A stretch of 63,692 bases of DNA, filler included, from Dehalococcoidia bacterium (GTDB taxonomy: Bacteria; Chloroflexota; Dehalococcoidia; DSTF01; RBG-16-68-14): assembly GCA_040882355.1 (NCBI GenBank). It is 4 parts of 4 records of this genome, joined end to end, with 100 filler letters (N's around TTAATTAATTAA, not from the genome) between each part and the next. Parts side by side here need not be neighbours in the genome. Positions count along the whole stretch, not along the records: positions 36,048 to 53,873 come from JBBEBM010000051.1; 3 more parts are not named here. The stretch is one strand, 5' to 3'. Every line of letters starts with the position of its first letter. Positions within the stretch are counted from its first letter, which is position 1. The translations under genes and the position numbers were made by a program. Positions 38,615 through 47,760 of this stretch are shown here, one piece after another. The notes beneath the pieces are model-generated. The model saw nothing but the letters and a program-made list of their open reading frames with translations. It did not search any database and was not told the DNA's origin.

Positions 38615-39178
38615 TCAGCGACGCAGGGATTCGACGCCGGTCCGATATTCGGACACGGCTCGCGCCTCGATGCCACGCAGCATCGCGCTTCGCAGCAGGC
38701 CGCTGAAGGGCCGGATGAGCAGCCAGTAGATGCGGAACCAGCGCCTCGCAGACGGCCCGAGCGGGTGCACGCGCGTCTCGGTGGTGAGCCGCGTCCGGTC
38801 GGGCGCGAGCGCCTCGACCCGGATGTTGAAGGCCGCCACGGCATAGCGAGGGTCGTTGAGCGTCCGAAACTGCTCGACCGTCTGCGGCGATACGAGAGCG
38901 CTGCGCTCGCGGAGCGACCAGAATTGGCCGGCCTGCCCGTAGACAAGTTCGCCTTCGTCCTCCGCCAGCCGCAGGAACCCCATCGACTCGGCCCAGCCGG
39001 CCAGCGTGCCGCCGCCAGGGGAGCCGAGGCCGCGCAAGCGCAGGAGCGCGCGCCACAGCAGGGACTCTTCCGGCCGCCAATCGAGCGCGGCCTGGCGCAC
39101 GACCTCCTTCGGCGCGGCCACGATGCGCTCGTGGCGCTCTGAGAACTCGTACTCGGGCATGAAGTCATCGAGCAGCAT
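38615..39178 (-). CDS. Conserved hypothetical protein (DUF2867-like)
   Basis: LDDFMPEYEFSERH, TETRV, F..YWLLIRPFSGL.R. Confidence 0.75.
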   Translation of the reverse strand: MLLDDFMPEYEFSERHERIVAAPKEVVRQAALDWRPEESLLWRALLRLRGLGSPGGGTLAGWAESMGFLRLAEDEGELVYGQAGQFWSLRERSALVSPQTVEQFRTLNDPRYAVAAFNIRVEALAPDRTRLTTETRVHPLGPSARRWFRIYWLLIRPFSGLLRSAMLRGIEARAVSEYRTGVESLRR

Positions 39179-39232
39179 CGCAGCCCAAGTGTAGCGCTAC
39201 CTCCTACCTCCCGGCTTGGCTAGAATACGCCC

Positions 39233-40357
39233 ATGAAGATCACCGACGTCCGCACTCGCACGTTCGACCTTCCGCACGCCGAGCAGCCGTTCCACCCCAC
39301 CTGGCAGCCCGCCGCCAGCCGCAGCAACCGCCTGACGGTAGTCGAAGTGCACACGGACGAAGGAATCACCGGCATCGGCTCAGGCGGCGTGCTGACGCGC
39401 CTGAACACAACCGCAGGCCTCTTCGTCGGGCGCGACCCGCTCGCCATCGAGCAGCACGTCGAGATGCTGAGCACGATCGCCTACTTCATGGGCCGCCCCT
39501 GGCCGATCGAGATCGCCCTCTGGGACATCGCGGGCAAGGCCGCCGGCCTTCCGCTCTACAAGCTGCTCGGCGGCAAGCGCGACCGTCTCACGGCTTACGC
39601 CTCGACCGGCGAGCTGCGCCCCAAAGACCAGCGCGTCGAGGATGTGCTCCGCCTGCGCGACGAAGGCTTCCGCGCCGTCAAGCTGCGCTTCCACAGCCCG
39701 AAGCCGGCGGACGACCTGCCGACGCTTGAGGCCGTGCGCAAGGCGGTCGGCGACTCGATGACGATCATGGTCGACGCCAACCAGGGCTGGCGTTACCCGG
39801 CCGACGTGTCGAAGCACCGCTGGGACGTGAACACGGCGATCCGTATGGCTCGCGCGATGGAGGATTTCAACGTCTTCTGGCTGGAGGAGCCGGTCTGGGC
39901 CTACGACTACGACGGCCTGGCCGAGATCCGGCGCCAAACGACGACGCCCATCGCCGGCGGCGAGCTGAACCGCGACCTGCACGAGTTCCGCGAGTACCTG
40001 CGTCATGGTTGCCTGGACGTCTACCAGCCGGACGCCACGTTCGCCGGCGGCATCACGACGGCGCGCAAGGTGGCTGGCATGGCCGAGGCCTCGGGCCTGC
40101 TGTTCGCGCCGCACACCTGGTCGAACGGCATCGGCGTGATGGCGAACCTGCACCTGGCCGCGGCAGTGCCGAACTGCCCGTTCATCGAGTTCCCCTACGA
40201 CCCGCCCGCGTGGCCCGTCGAGACACGCGACTTCTTCCTCACCGAGCCGGTACGCATCGACGCCGAGGGTACCGTTGTGCTGCCCGACAAGCCCGGCCTG
40301 GGCATCGAGCTGGACGAAGAGAAGTGCGCGAAGTACGAGGTGGGCAGTCGTGGCTGA
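39233..40357 (+). CDS. Mandelate racemase/muconate lactonizing enzyme family
   Basis: ALWDIAGK..GLPLYKLLGG, KLR, DANQG, WLEEP, GE, QPD, PHTW, PGLGIE. Confidence 0.92.
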   Translation: MKITDVRTRTFDLPHAEQPFHPTWQPAASRSNRLTVVEVHTDEGITGIGSGGVLTRLNTTAGLFVGRDPLAIEQHVEMLSTIAYFMGRPWPIEIALWDIAGKAAGLPLYKLLGGKRDRLTAYASTGELRPKDQRVEDVLRLRDEGFRAVKLRFHSPKPADDLPTLEAVRKAVGDSMTIMVDANQGWRYPADVSKHRWDVNTAIRMARAMEDFNVFWLEEPVWAYDYDGLAEIRRQTTTPIAGGELNRDLHEFREYLRHGCLDVYQPDATFAGGITTARKVAGMAEASGLLFAPHTWSNGIGVMANLHLAAAVPNCPFIEFPYDPPAWPVETRDFFLTEPVRIDAEGTVVLPDKPGLGIELDEEKCAKYEVGSRG

Positions 40358-41360
40358 CGACTTCCCGAAGTTCATCGCCGCCGCGGTCCAGGCCGCGCCC
40401 GAGTTCCTCGACCGCGAGGCTACGGTCGACAAGGCCTGTCACTTCATCGACCAGGCGAGTCGCGAGGGAGCCCGGCTGATCGTATTCCCGGAGACGTGGG
40501 TGCCGGCCTATCCGTTCTGGGAGATGGGCCGCTCCGACGCCTGGCTCGCGCTGTACCGCGGCTCCGTGGAAGTCCCTTCGCCGTCCATCGAGCGCCTCAG
40601 CGCGGCCGCCCGCAAGGCGAACGCCTACGTCGCCATCGGCGTGAACGAGCGCGACGCTCGGACTAAGGGCACGCTCTACAACTCCATCCTCTACTTCGGC
40701 CCGGACGGGGCGCTGCTAGGCGTTCATCGCAAGCTCATGCCGTCCGTGACCGAACGGCTGATCTGGGGCATGGGCGACGGCTCCGGCCTGCACATCTTCG
40801 ACACACCGCTGGGCCGGCTGGGCGGGCTGATCTGCTGGGAGCACGAGATGACGCTCGTGAAGTACGCGATGTACGCTCGGGGCGAGCAGGTGCATGCGAG
40901 CGTCTGGCCCGCGTGGCGCTTCCAGCGCGACCACATCCAGTTCGGCACGCGCCAGTACGCCTACGAGGGCAAGTGCTTCGCTGTCGTCTCGTGCGGGCTA
41001 CTCCAGGCAAGCGCCGTTCCCAAGGAGTGGCGCGGCGCCTGGGGCAACGCTGAGCTCATCGCCGACGGTGGCAGCGCCATCATCGCGCCGAACGGCAGCT
41101 ACGTCGCGGGGCCGGTCTACGATGACGAGACGATCCTCTACGGCGAGATCGACCTCTCACAAGTCGCGCTCGCCAAGCGCGAGATCGACGTCGCCGGCCA
41201 CTACGGGCGGCCGGACGTCGCCCGCCTCTTGTTCGACGCGTCGCCGCACGACCCGTTCACCGCTGCGCCCCTCGCGAACGGCGCGGCGGCACCGTCCGAA
41301 CCTGCCGGGCCCAGGCAGCCACCCACGAAATCGAAGGCAAAGGTGATTCGCAAGCGATGA
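40350..41360 (+). CDS. Nitrilase (carbon-nitrogen hydrolase)
   Basis: Catalytic triad contexts FPET, HRKLMP and LICWEH; GHY.RPD. Confidence 0.92.
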   Translation: MADDFPKFIAAAVQAAPEFLDREATVDKACHFIDQASREGARLIVFPETWVPAYPFWEMGRSDAWLALYRGSVEVPSPSIERLSAAARKANAYVAIGVNERDARTKGTLYNSILYFGPDGALLGVHRKLMPSVTERLIWGMGDGSGLHIFDTPLGRLGGLICWEHEMTLVKYAMYARGEQVHASVWPAWRFQRDHIQFGTRQYAYEGKCFAVVSCGLLQASAVPKEWRGAWGNAELIADGGSAIIAPNGSYVAGPVYDDETILYGEIDLSQVALAKREIDVAGHYGRPDVARLLFDASPHDPFTAAPLANGAAAPSEPAGPRQPPTKSKAKVIRKR

Positions 41361-42136
41361 AGAACTACTACCGCATCCTGGAAGTCGAACCCGACGCTGA
41401 CGAAGAGACGATCGAGAAGGCCTACCAAAAGCTGGCGCGCCGCTACAACCCCCAGTCGAACCCCTCGAAGGAGGCCGCCGCGCGCCTCACTAAGATCAAC
41501 GAGGCCTACGGGGTGCTCGGCCAGGCCCGCAGCCGGCGCGAGTACGACGCCGCGCGGGACCGCATGAGCGGCGGCGCCGGATCGAACGCAGCCGACGACG
41601 AGGGCTGGAGCTCCGGGCGCCGGCTGCTCATCGTGATCGGCGGCGTCGTCGCCATCGGGGCGATCGCGGGCGGCATCATCGCCGCGGTGGTGCTGATGGA
41701 CGACGACGGCGGAGATGAGAGCGTCGCAGCAGCGCCGACGGCTACGATCCAACCCGGCACGACGCCCGGCGCCACGCAGGAGGGCCCGCCAGCGGTGAGC
41801 GTGACGCCCACGGTCACCTCAACCGGCCTGCAGATCTTTGAGGTCCAGGCCGGCACGGGCGAGGAGGTCGAGGAAGGCTCGACGGTGACCGTGCACTACA
41901 CGCTCTGGCTCGCGGATGGCACGAAGGCCTCCAGCTCACTGGACTTGGGCCAGCCGTTCACCCAAGCGCTGGCAGGGCTGATACCCGGCTGGCAGGAAGG
42001 CATGCTGGGTATGCAGGTCGGCGGCAAGAGACGACTGATCGTCCCGCCGGAACTCGGCTACGGCGAGGAGGGCCAACCTCCTGACATCCCCGGTAATGCC
42101 ACCCTCATCTTTGACATCGAGCTGCTCGGGCTGTAG
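41357..42136 (+). CDS. J-domain-like, TM and FKBP-type PPIase fusion
   Basis: NYYRILEV...AYQKLARRY...INEAY.VL...R..YD; one TM; VHY, LIPGWQEG..GM.VGGKRRLIVPPELGYG, IPGNATL.FDIELL. Confidence 0.85.
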   Translation: MKNYYRILEVEPDADEETIEKAYQKLARRYNPQSNPSKEAAARLTKINEAYGVLGQARSRREYDAARDRMSGGAGSNAADDEGWSSGRRLLIVIGGVVAIGAIAGGIIAAVVLMDDDGGDESVAAAPTATIQPGTTPGATQEGPPAVSVTPTVTSTGLQIFEVQAGTGEEVEEGSTVTVHYTLWLADGTKASSSLDLGQPFTQALAGLIPGWQEGMLGMQVGGKRRLIVPPELGYGEEGQPPDIPGNATLIFDIELLGL

Positions 42137-42167
42137 CGCGCGGCAGGCCGCGCCGTACGGTCGCTCG

Positions 42168-42821
42168 CTACTCGATACCGGCTTCGGCCAGCTTCTCGCG
42201 CATCTCGTCTTCCTTGAGGAAGCCGATCTGCAGGGCGCGCAGCACGCCTTCTCGATCGATGAAGAAGCTGTCGGGAAGGCCCTGGAGCTTGTACTGATCG
42301 TACACGCCGCCCGTCCGGTCGAGGAGGATCGGCAGGTCGAGGTCGAGTTCGTCCCAGAAGTTCAGCGCGCGTTCGGGTGACTGCTGGTAGTTCACCGTCA
42401 GCACCACGAGGCCACCGGCCGCGAACTGATCGGCGAGCTGCTGGATGTCCGGCAGCTCTTTCTTGCACGGCTCACACCACGTCGCCCAGAAGTTGAGCCA
42501 GACCACCTGGCCCCGATAGTCGGCTAGGCTGCGCGCGTTGCCTTCGGCGTCGCGCAGGACGAACTCCGGCGCCGGCTCATCGATTCGCGGCGCGCGGCCG
42601 TCCTGCGGGCCAAGCCCGGCCTCGGGCGTGACGTCCGGCTCCAGCAGGTCGGCCGGGCTCACCAGCCGGTCCTCGCTCTCGCCCAGCCGGTCGAAGGCCA
42701 CCAGGCCGCCCACGATGGCCGCGAGCACAGCCAGCCCGAATGCGGTGCGCAGCCAGGTGTTGCGTGGCCAGCGACGCGACGGCGACGGGACGTCTGCGGG
42801 GACCCGCGGATCTCGGTCCAT
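42168..42821 (-). CDS. TlpA/ResA thiol-disulfide oxidoreductase
   Basis: N-terminal TM; LNFWATWCEPCKKELP; GLP.SFFIDREG. Confidence 0.9.
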   Translation of the reverse strand: MDRDPRVPADVPSPSRRWPRNTWLRTAFGLAVLAAIVGGLVAFDRLGESEDRLVSPADLLEPDVTPEAGLGPQDGRAPRIDEPAPEFVLRDAEGNARSLADYRGQVVWLNFWATWCEPCKKELPDIQQLADQFAAGGLVVLTVNYQQSPERALNFWDELDLDLPILLDRTGGVYDQYKLQGLPDSFFIDREGVLRALQIGFLKEDEMREKLAEAGIE

Positions 42822-42958
42822 TCGACTTCATCGTAGCAGCGCGGATCCTCCTGAGCACCCAACCAGGCGCCGATCCCCACGAAGTACTACTACGACACGA
42901 GAACCGGCTCCGAAAAGGCCTCGATACGCCGACCACCGGAATTGAGCCCGCGTGCGGC

Positions 42959-44173
42959 ACCGCCGGCGTCACCTGCTACATCTACGACGGCCAGGGCGCG
43001 CTCGCGAAGAAGATCAAGGGTACCGAGACGACGATCTACGCCGGCGGGCTGTTCGAGGTGAAGAAGGTCAACGGGCAGGCCACCGAAATCACCAAGCACT
43101 ACCTGTTCAACGGCGGCCGCATAGCGGTCCGCACCGGCGCGCCCGGCACGGAGGGCGCCCGCACCTTCCTGTTGGGCGACCAGCTCGGCTCCACGAGCGT
43201 CGCCCTTGGCGAGGCCGGCCAGATCCTCGGCGAGCAGAAATACTACGCCTACGGCCGGCTGCGCGGAGCCACACCCGACCCGACCGTGCCGACCGACAAG
43301 CTGTATACTGGCCACCAGCAGGAGGGAGGCGACCTCTACTTCATGCAGGCGCGCTTCTACGACCCGACGATCGGGCGGTTCCTCTCGGCGGACACGATCG
43401 TGCCGAGCGCGAGTGACCCGGCCGCGTTCAACCGGTACGCCTATGTCAACGGGAACCCTCTGCGGTACACGGACCCGACGGGGCACAGTCATTGCGCCAT
43501 TACCCACGGGGCCTGTCAGTGGAACGAAGAGGCCGAAGACTGGGCGGCCTACGGATGCGTGCTGAGCTGGCAAGGCGCGTTCTGCCTGCCACCGCCAACC
43601 GCGGCCTCCGGCGGTGGTTCGAGCGGTGGCTCAACGTACAACCTTGCGGCCGAGTACCTGCTCTGGGCGCAGCGCTACAATCGCGCATTGAACAGCGTTG
43701 GTTGCTGGCTTTCGCACGGCTTCGGCAGGGCGTGCATCACTCAGGAGGTCATCGCAGCGGCCCAGTTCGCTGCGGGCATTCCAGCGTCCCCACTGCCGGG
43801 CGACTGCCCATACGTCGTCAGTGTGGGCCACGGTGCGACGCAGTGCCGCTACACCCGGCCGAGCGATGACCCTGGGTGCCTAATCTGCGACGCGGCCGGA
43901 GCGGCTGCGGGAACCCTGAATGAGCACTACTTCTCGCACTGTGCGGCGTGGGAGTTCGCTATCCAATCCTCCTGCTTCGTAGACGAAGTCGCTGATGGCC
44001 TAGGCGTCGATTACTTGGTACCTTGGGCCACTTCCCGCAGCGGCTACTGTTACGGTTGGCTTACTATTACAGGTGTCGTAATCACTGCAGCCGTATTGTC
44101 TCCTGGTTTTCAGGCTACTGCTGCCGGCATGGCACCGACACTTGCGGAGTCCATCGCTACATCATGCTTCTAG
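42959..44173 (+). CDS. Orphan Rhs repeat-associated core plus variable C-terminal toxin tip (5' truncated, start uncertain)
   Basis: YDGQG, DQLGST, Y.AYG, YTGH, L.FM.AR.YDP..GRFLS.D, NRYAY..GNP.RYTDPTG, followed by a divergent tail. Confidence 0.8.
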   Translation, partial: TAGVTCYIYDGQGALAKKIKGTETTIYAGGLFEVKKVNGQATEITKHYLFNGGRIAVRTGAPGTEGARTFLLGDQLGSTSVALGEAGQILGEQKYYAYGRLRGATPDPTVPTDKLYTGHQQEGGDLYFMQARFYDPTIGRFLSADTIVPSASDPAAFNRYAYVNGNPLRYTDPTGHSHCAITHGACQWNEEAEDWAAYGCVLSWQGAFCLPPPTAASGGGSSGGSTYNLAAEYLLWAQRYNRALNSVGCWLSHGFGRACITQEVIAAAQFAAGIPASPLPGDCPYVVSVGHGATQCRYTRPSDDPGCLICDAAGAAAGTLNEHYFSHCAAWEFAIQSSCFVDEVADGLGVDYLVPWATSRSGYCYGWLTITGVVITAAVLSPGFQATAAGMAPTLAESIATSCF

Positions 44174-44200
44174 CACGGGGGACACTCAGTTAGATTGCTC

Positions 44201-44563
44201 ATGAGGATTACCAAGCGCGGATTGGTCTGCGCAGTGGCATTGCTCCTCTCTGTTGCTGCTGTCGCGTTCGTCGCGGTACTCGGCATGTGGCTGGCCGCCC
44301 TGTTTGGCGCGCTTGCCGGACTGGCGATTCTCTCGGAACTCATCAAGGAAGCATCGGGCCAGGATCGGATCCTGCCATTCGACTTCAGGCCGACGCGGGC
44401 TCAGCAGGTAACCGTCGGAATCATCTTCTCCCTTGGCTATACCGTGTGGCGCGTCACTCAGGATGGCTGGTGGATAGCCGCAGTCGGTGGTCCGATTATC
44501 CTGGCTCTCTCGACCTGGGTCGCTTGGCTGGTCCGAACCGAAGGCTGGTCTGCGAGAGAATAA
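44201..44563 (+). CDS. Small 4-TM membrane protein, putative Rhs immunity protein
   Basis: Immediately downstream of the Rhs tip, similar atypical codon usage, four hydrophobic segments. Confidence 0.6.
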   Translation: MRITKRGLVCAVALLLSVAAVAFVAVLGMWLAALFGALAGLAILSELIKEASGQDRILPFDFRPTRAQQVTVGIIFSLGYTVWRVTQDGWWIAAVGGPIILALSTWVAWLVRTEGWSARE

Positions 44564-44707
44564 CCGGGGCTCGATTCGAAACTCAGGCGATAGCGTCCGG
44601 ATATTTGGCTGCTGTGGACGAGCGCGACTGCCATGATCGTAGCGGGCCCGACCTGATCCCTCGCTATGCCGACATAGTGTAGGCTCCGCCCCTGCTACCC
44701 TGCCCGC

Positions 44708-45046
44708 GTGATCCAGCTCCTGCGCGCCCGCTGCCGGGCCTGCGACTACGAGGCGACGGTTGGTGTCGGCGAGGACGACGGCGCCACGGCGTTCGTCGTC
44801 TGGGCGCCGGCGCTCTGCCCGGCCTGCGGGATCGTGTCGGTGAACGTAGCGGGCGAGGCCGAGCGGCGGTGTCACGAGTGCGGCCGGAGGCGTTATGCTC
44901 CCAGCCTCGGTCACTCACCCCTTGCGATGACAGCTCGGCGGTGCTATCCTCTGCACCAGACTAGATCACCTGTTCTGTATGTGGTCGTAAATACGTATCG
45001 GCATAGACAACAAAAGGCGTTTTTGCAAAACAAATCCCCCGCCTGA
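44708..45046 (+). CDS. Small Zn-ribbon protein, possibly 3' disrupted
   Basis: CRAC, CPAC and CHEC motifs; TACCCT 6 nt before GTG; the 3' part runs into a promoter and AT-rich DNA. Confidence 0.5.
   Translation: MIQLLRARCRACDYEATVGVGEDDGATAFVVWAPALCPACGIVSVNVAGEAERRCHECGRRRYAPSLGHSPLAMTARRCYPLHQTRSPVLYVVVNTYRHRQQKAFLQNKSPA
44922..44950 (+). promoter_or_regulatory. Putative sigma70 promoter upstream of the ncRNA candidate
   Basis: TTGCGA-17 nt-TATCCT with extended TG. Confidence 0.5.
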
Positions 45047-45197
45047 AGCTAGGGAAGCCCTGTTCTGGGCCCGCCCTGAACGCAGCGAAGGAGTTCGCCC
45101 TCGAGCGAAGCGCAGGGCCCGCCTGGACAGCAGCTCATGGCCGCCGGTGTAAGGCCGGCCGAAGTCAAGAGCGGGCAATGCTGGAGGCACCCAACGC
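45041..45197 (+). ncRNA. Structured ncRNA candidate (recalls the Acido-Lenti-1 motif)
   Basis: Pairings GGGAAGCC/GGCACCC, CTGTTCTGGGC/GCCTGGACAG, TCATGGC/GTCAAGA and hairpin CCGG-TGTAAGG-CCGG; the motif resemblance is from memory only. Confidence 0.5.
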
Positions 45198-45247
45198 GGC
45201 CATTGACGGAGCCAGCGCGCTGCGTCAAAATGGTGAACTACAACTGG

Positions 45248-45862
45248 ATGGGGAGCGGAACCATCACCACGCCAGGTCCCTCGTCAGGATTCGCCAAGAA
45301 GCGCCAGGTCGCCACGACCGCGATCCTCGACGCCACGGGTCAGCTCATCGCCGAAAAGGGCATCGACGGCTTCACGATTAGCGAGGTGGCGCAGCGGGCG
45401 CAGATCAACCGCGCGCTCATCTACCACTACTTCCGTAACCGCGACAACCTCGTCGCCCAGGCGATCGGCTATATTCTAGACCGCTACGAGTCGCTGCAGG
45501 GACCGGCGGTCGGCGTCGATGCCGTCGAACGCTCGACGCGCGTCCACATCGAGCATCCGGAGATCGCGCGCTTCTTCTTCCAGATGCTCCTCACCGGCCG
45601 GCCCCTGCCGGGCATCGGCGAACGCATGAGAGAGGCGATCGAGTGGGTGCAGAGTCTCCAGGGCGAAGGGAGCCCGGATGCGGGATTCGATGCAGGCATC
45701 GCGATGGCGATGCTCATGGTGATGCAGCTCTCCTGGGCATTCTCCCGTGAGGAGATGGCCCGGCTCGTCGGCGTGAGCGTCGAGGAGGCGGACGAACGGT
45801 TCATCAAGCAGCTCCGCCAGATGGTCGGCCTCGGCGTGCGGGCCCTCGGCACGCCCGAATAG
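45248..45862 (+). CDS. TetR/AcrR family regulator
   Basis: ILDAT..LIAEKG..GFTISEVA.RA.INRALIYHYF.NRD.L. Confidence 0.9.
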   Translation: MGSGTITTPGPSSGFAKKRQVATTAILDATGQLIAEKGIDGFTISEVAQRAQINRALIYHYFRNRDNLVAQAIGYILDRYESLQGPAVGVDAVERSTRVHIEHPEIARFFFQMLLTGRPLPGIGERMREAIEWVQSLQGEGSPDAGFDAGIAMAMLMVMQLSWAFSREEMARLVGVSVEEADERFIKQLRQMVGLGVRALGTPE

Positions 45863-45869
45863 CAGCGCG

Positions 45870-46937
45870 ATGCCCTCCGCTTCAGCAGACATCGCGGTCC
45901 CGAGCGCGCGCCTCCTCGCCTTCGCAGAGACGCTCCTGCGCAAGCTCGACGTGCCCGACAACGACGCCCGCGCGACGGCCCGAATCCTCCTCGACGCCGA
46001 CCTTCGGGGCATCGAATCGCACGGCATGGCCCACCTGGTCGACTTCTACGTGCGCGGCATCCAGCGCGGGCTGATCGCGGCGCGGTCCGACATCCGTGTC
46101 ACCTCGGACGCGCCGTCAGCCGCTGCCATCGACGGCGGGCGACGGCTGGGCTTCGTCGTCGGCCACCGGGCGATGGAGCTGGCGATCGACAAGGCGCGCG
46201 CGACCGGCGTCGGCATGGTGAGCGTGGGCAACAGCACCCATTACGGCGCCGGCGCGCACTACGCGATGATGGCGCTTGAACGAGAGATGATCGGCATCTC
46301 CCTCACCACGGGCGGCCGCGTGATGGCGGCGCCCGGCGGCCGCGGCAAGGCGATAGGGCTCAACGTCATCGCCATCGCCGCGCCCACGTCCCGCGAGTAC
46401 CCGTACGTGCTGGACATGGCGACGAGCGTCGTTGCGAACGGCAAGCTGGAGATCGCCGCCCGCCGCGGCCAAGCGATCCCGGAAGGCTGGGCGATCGACG
46501 GTGAGGGCCGCCCCGTGACCGACCCGACGAAGGTCGGGCCGAACGGCGCGCTGCTGCCGCTGGGAGGCTCGCCCGTCACCGGCGCGTTCAAGGGCTTCGG
46601 GCTGGCGATCATGGTCGACATCCTGAGCAGCGCCCTCGCCGGCGTCGCCAGCAGCGCGGAGGAACGCCCGCCCTTCGCCGCCGCCCATTTCTTCGGCGCG
46701 CTCCGCATCGACGCCTTCGAGCCTGTCGCGCAGTACAAGGAGCGCATGGAGGCGATGATCGGCGCCCTCAAGTCCGCGACGGGGCCGGACGGCGATGAGG
46801 TGCGTATCCCCGGCGAGCTGGAACATGCGCTGTCTGCGCGCCGCCGCGCCGAGGGCACGATCCCCATGCACGCTCGCATCGTCGACGGGTACCGCGCGGC
46901 CGCCGAGGAGTTCGGCGTTCCGTTCGACCTCGCGTAG
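45870..46937 (+). CDS. Ldh_2 family (malate/L-lactate/sulfolactate-type) oxidoreductase
   Basis: ADLRGIESHG, NSTHYGA, LDMATS.VA.GK, LLPLGG, KGFGL, IPGE. Confidence 0.9.
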   Translation: MPSASADIAVPSARLLAFAETLLRKLDVPDNDARATARILLDADLRGIESHGMAHLVDFYVRGIQRGLIAARSDIRVTSDAPSAAAIDGGRRLGFVVGHRAMELAIDKARATGVGMVSVGNSTHYGAGAHYAMMALEREMIGISLTTGGRVMAAPGGRGKAIGLNVIAIAAPTSREYPYVLDMATSVVANGKLEIAARRGQAIPEGWAIDGEGRPVTDPTKVGPNGALLPLGGSPVTGAFKGFGLAIMVDILSSALAGVASSAEERPPFAAAHFFGALRIDAFEPVAQYKERMEAMIGALKSATGPDGDEVRIPGELEHALSARRRAEGTIPMHARIVDGYRAAAEEFGVPFDLA

Positions 46938-46996
46938 ATCTGTCTCTATCCTCCCGCTTGGTCTATCATGACCCGTCACGTTCTTCTCGAAGGAGC

Positions 46997-47686
46997 ATGC
47001 TTGTGGCCGACCCGCTGACGCCGGACGAACTCGAAGCGCTGCGGAGCATCACGTCGCCCACCATGGCGAACGCGATCGAGACGTTCGACGCGCGCCCGCG
47101 CAACGAGGGGTTCATGGACAGCACGGTACGCTCCATGTTCCCCGAGCTGGGCACGATGGTCGGCTACGCCGCGACGGCGAAGATCGCCGCCCGCGAAAAG
47201 CCGCAGGTCGGGCCGCGGCCCTGGGAGATGTGGGACGCGATGGCGAGCGTGCCCAAGCCCTGGGTCGTCGTGATCGAGGACCTGGACTATCCGCAGCCGA
47301 TCGGCTCCTATTGGGGCGAAGTAAACGGCAGCATCTACAAGGGCCTCGGCGCCCTCGGCACGGTGACCAACGGCGGCGTGCGGGACCTGGACGAAGTTCG
47401 CGCGACCGGCTTCCACTTCTTCGCCTCGTGCGTGCTCGTCTCCCATGCCTACGTCCACCTGGTCGAGGTGGCGACGCCGGTCACCGTCGGCACGCTCACG
47501 GTGCGCCCTGGCGACCTGCTGCACGGCGATCAGCACGGCGTCACCTCGATCCCGATCGAGATCGCGCGCGAGGTGCCTCAGGCCGCCGAACGCATCGAAC
47601 AGATGGAGCGCCGCATCATCGACTACGCGCGCTCGCCGGAGTGCAGCGCCGAAGGTCTGCGCCGCATCTTCGAAGGTCGCTCTTGA
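46997..47686 (+). CDS. RraA/HMG aldolase family protein
   Basis: T.ANAIE, GYA.T, WGEVN, TNGGVRD..E, PGDLLHGD.HGV. Confidence 0.88.
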   Translation: MLVADPLTPDELEALRSITSPTMANAIETFDARPRNEGFMDSTVRSMFPELGTMVGYAATAKIAAREKPQVGPRPWEMWDAMASVPKPWVVVIEDLDYPQPIGSYWGEVNGSIYKGLGALGTVTNGGVRDLDEVRATGFHFFASCVLVSHAYVHLVEVATPVTVGTLTVRPGDLLHGDQHGVTSIPIEIAREVPQAAERIEQMERRIIDYARSPECSAEGLRRIFEGRS

Positions 47687-47691
47687 TGCGG

Positions 47692-47741
47692 GTCAGGGTT
47701 CAGCCTGACGCTACCTGGGAGGCCGGGCCTTCAGCCCGGCC
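47692..47741. repeat. Pair of REP-like palindromes
   Basis: gtcagggttcagcctgacgCTAC and GGAG-gccgggccttcagcccggcc. Confidence 0.6.
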
Positions 47742-47760
47742 GGGTACAAAGGAAACGACC

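Noticed and set aside
42925..42958. tRNA 3'-end remnant (att site) before the Rhs fragment
   Set aside because: Minus strand GCGGG-CTCAATT-CCGGT lacks the TTC T-loop and the T-stem does not pair
45041..45197. 6S RNA, or a c-di-GMP-II, ZTP, fluoride or cobalamin riboswitch
   Set aside because: Only isolated words match; the required flanking motifs and closing stems are absent
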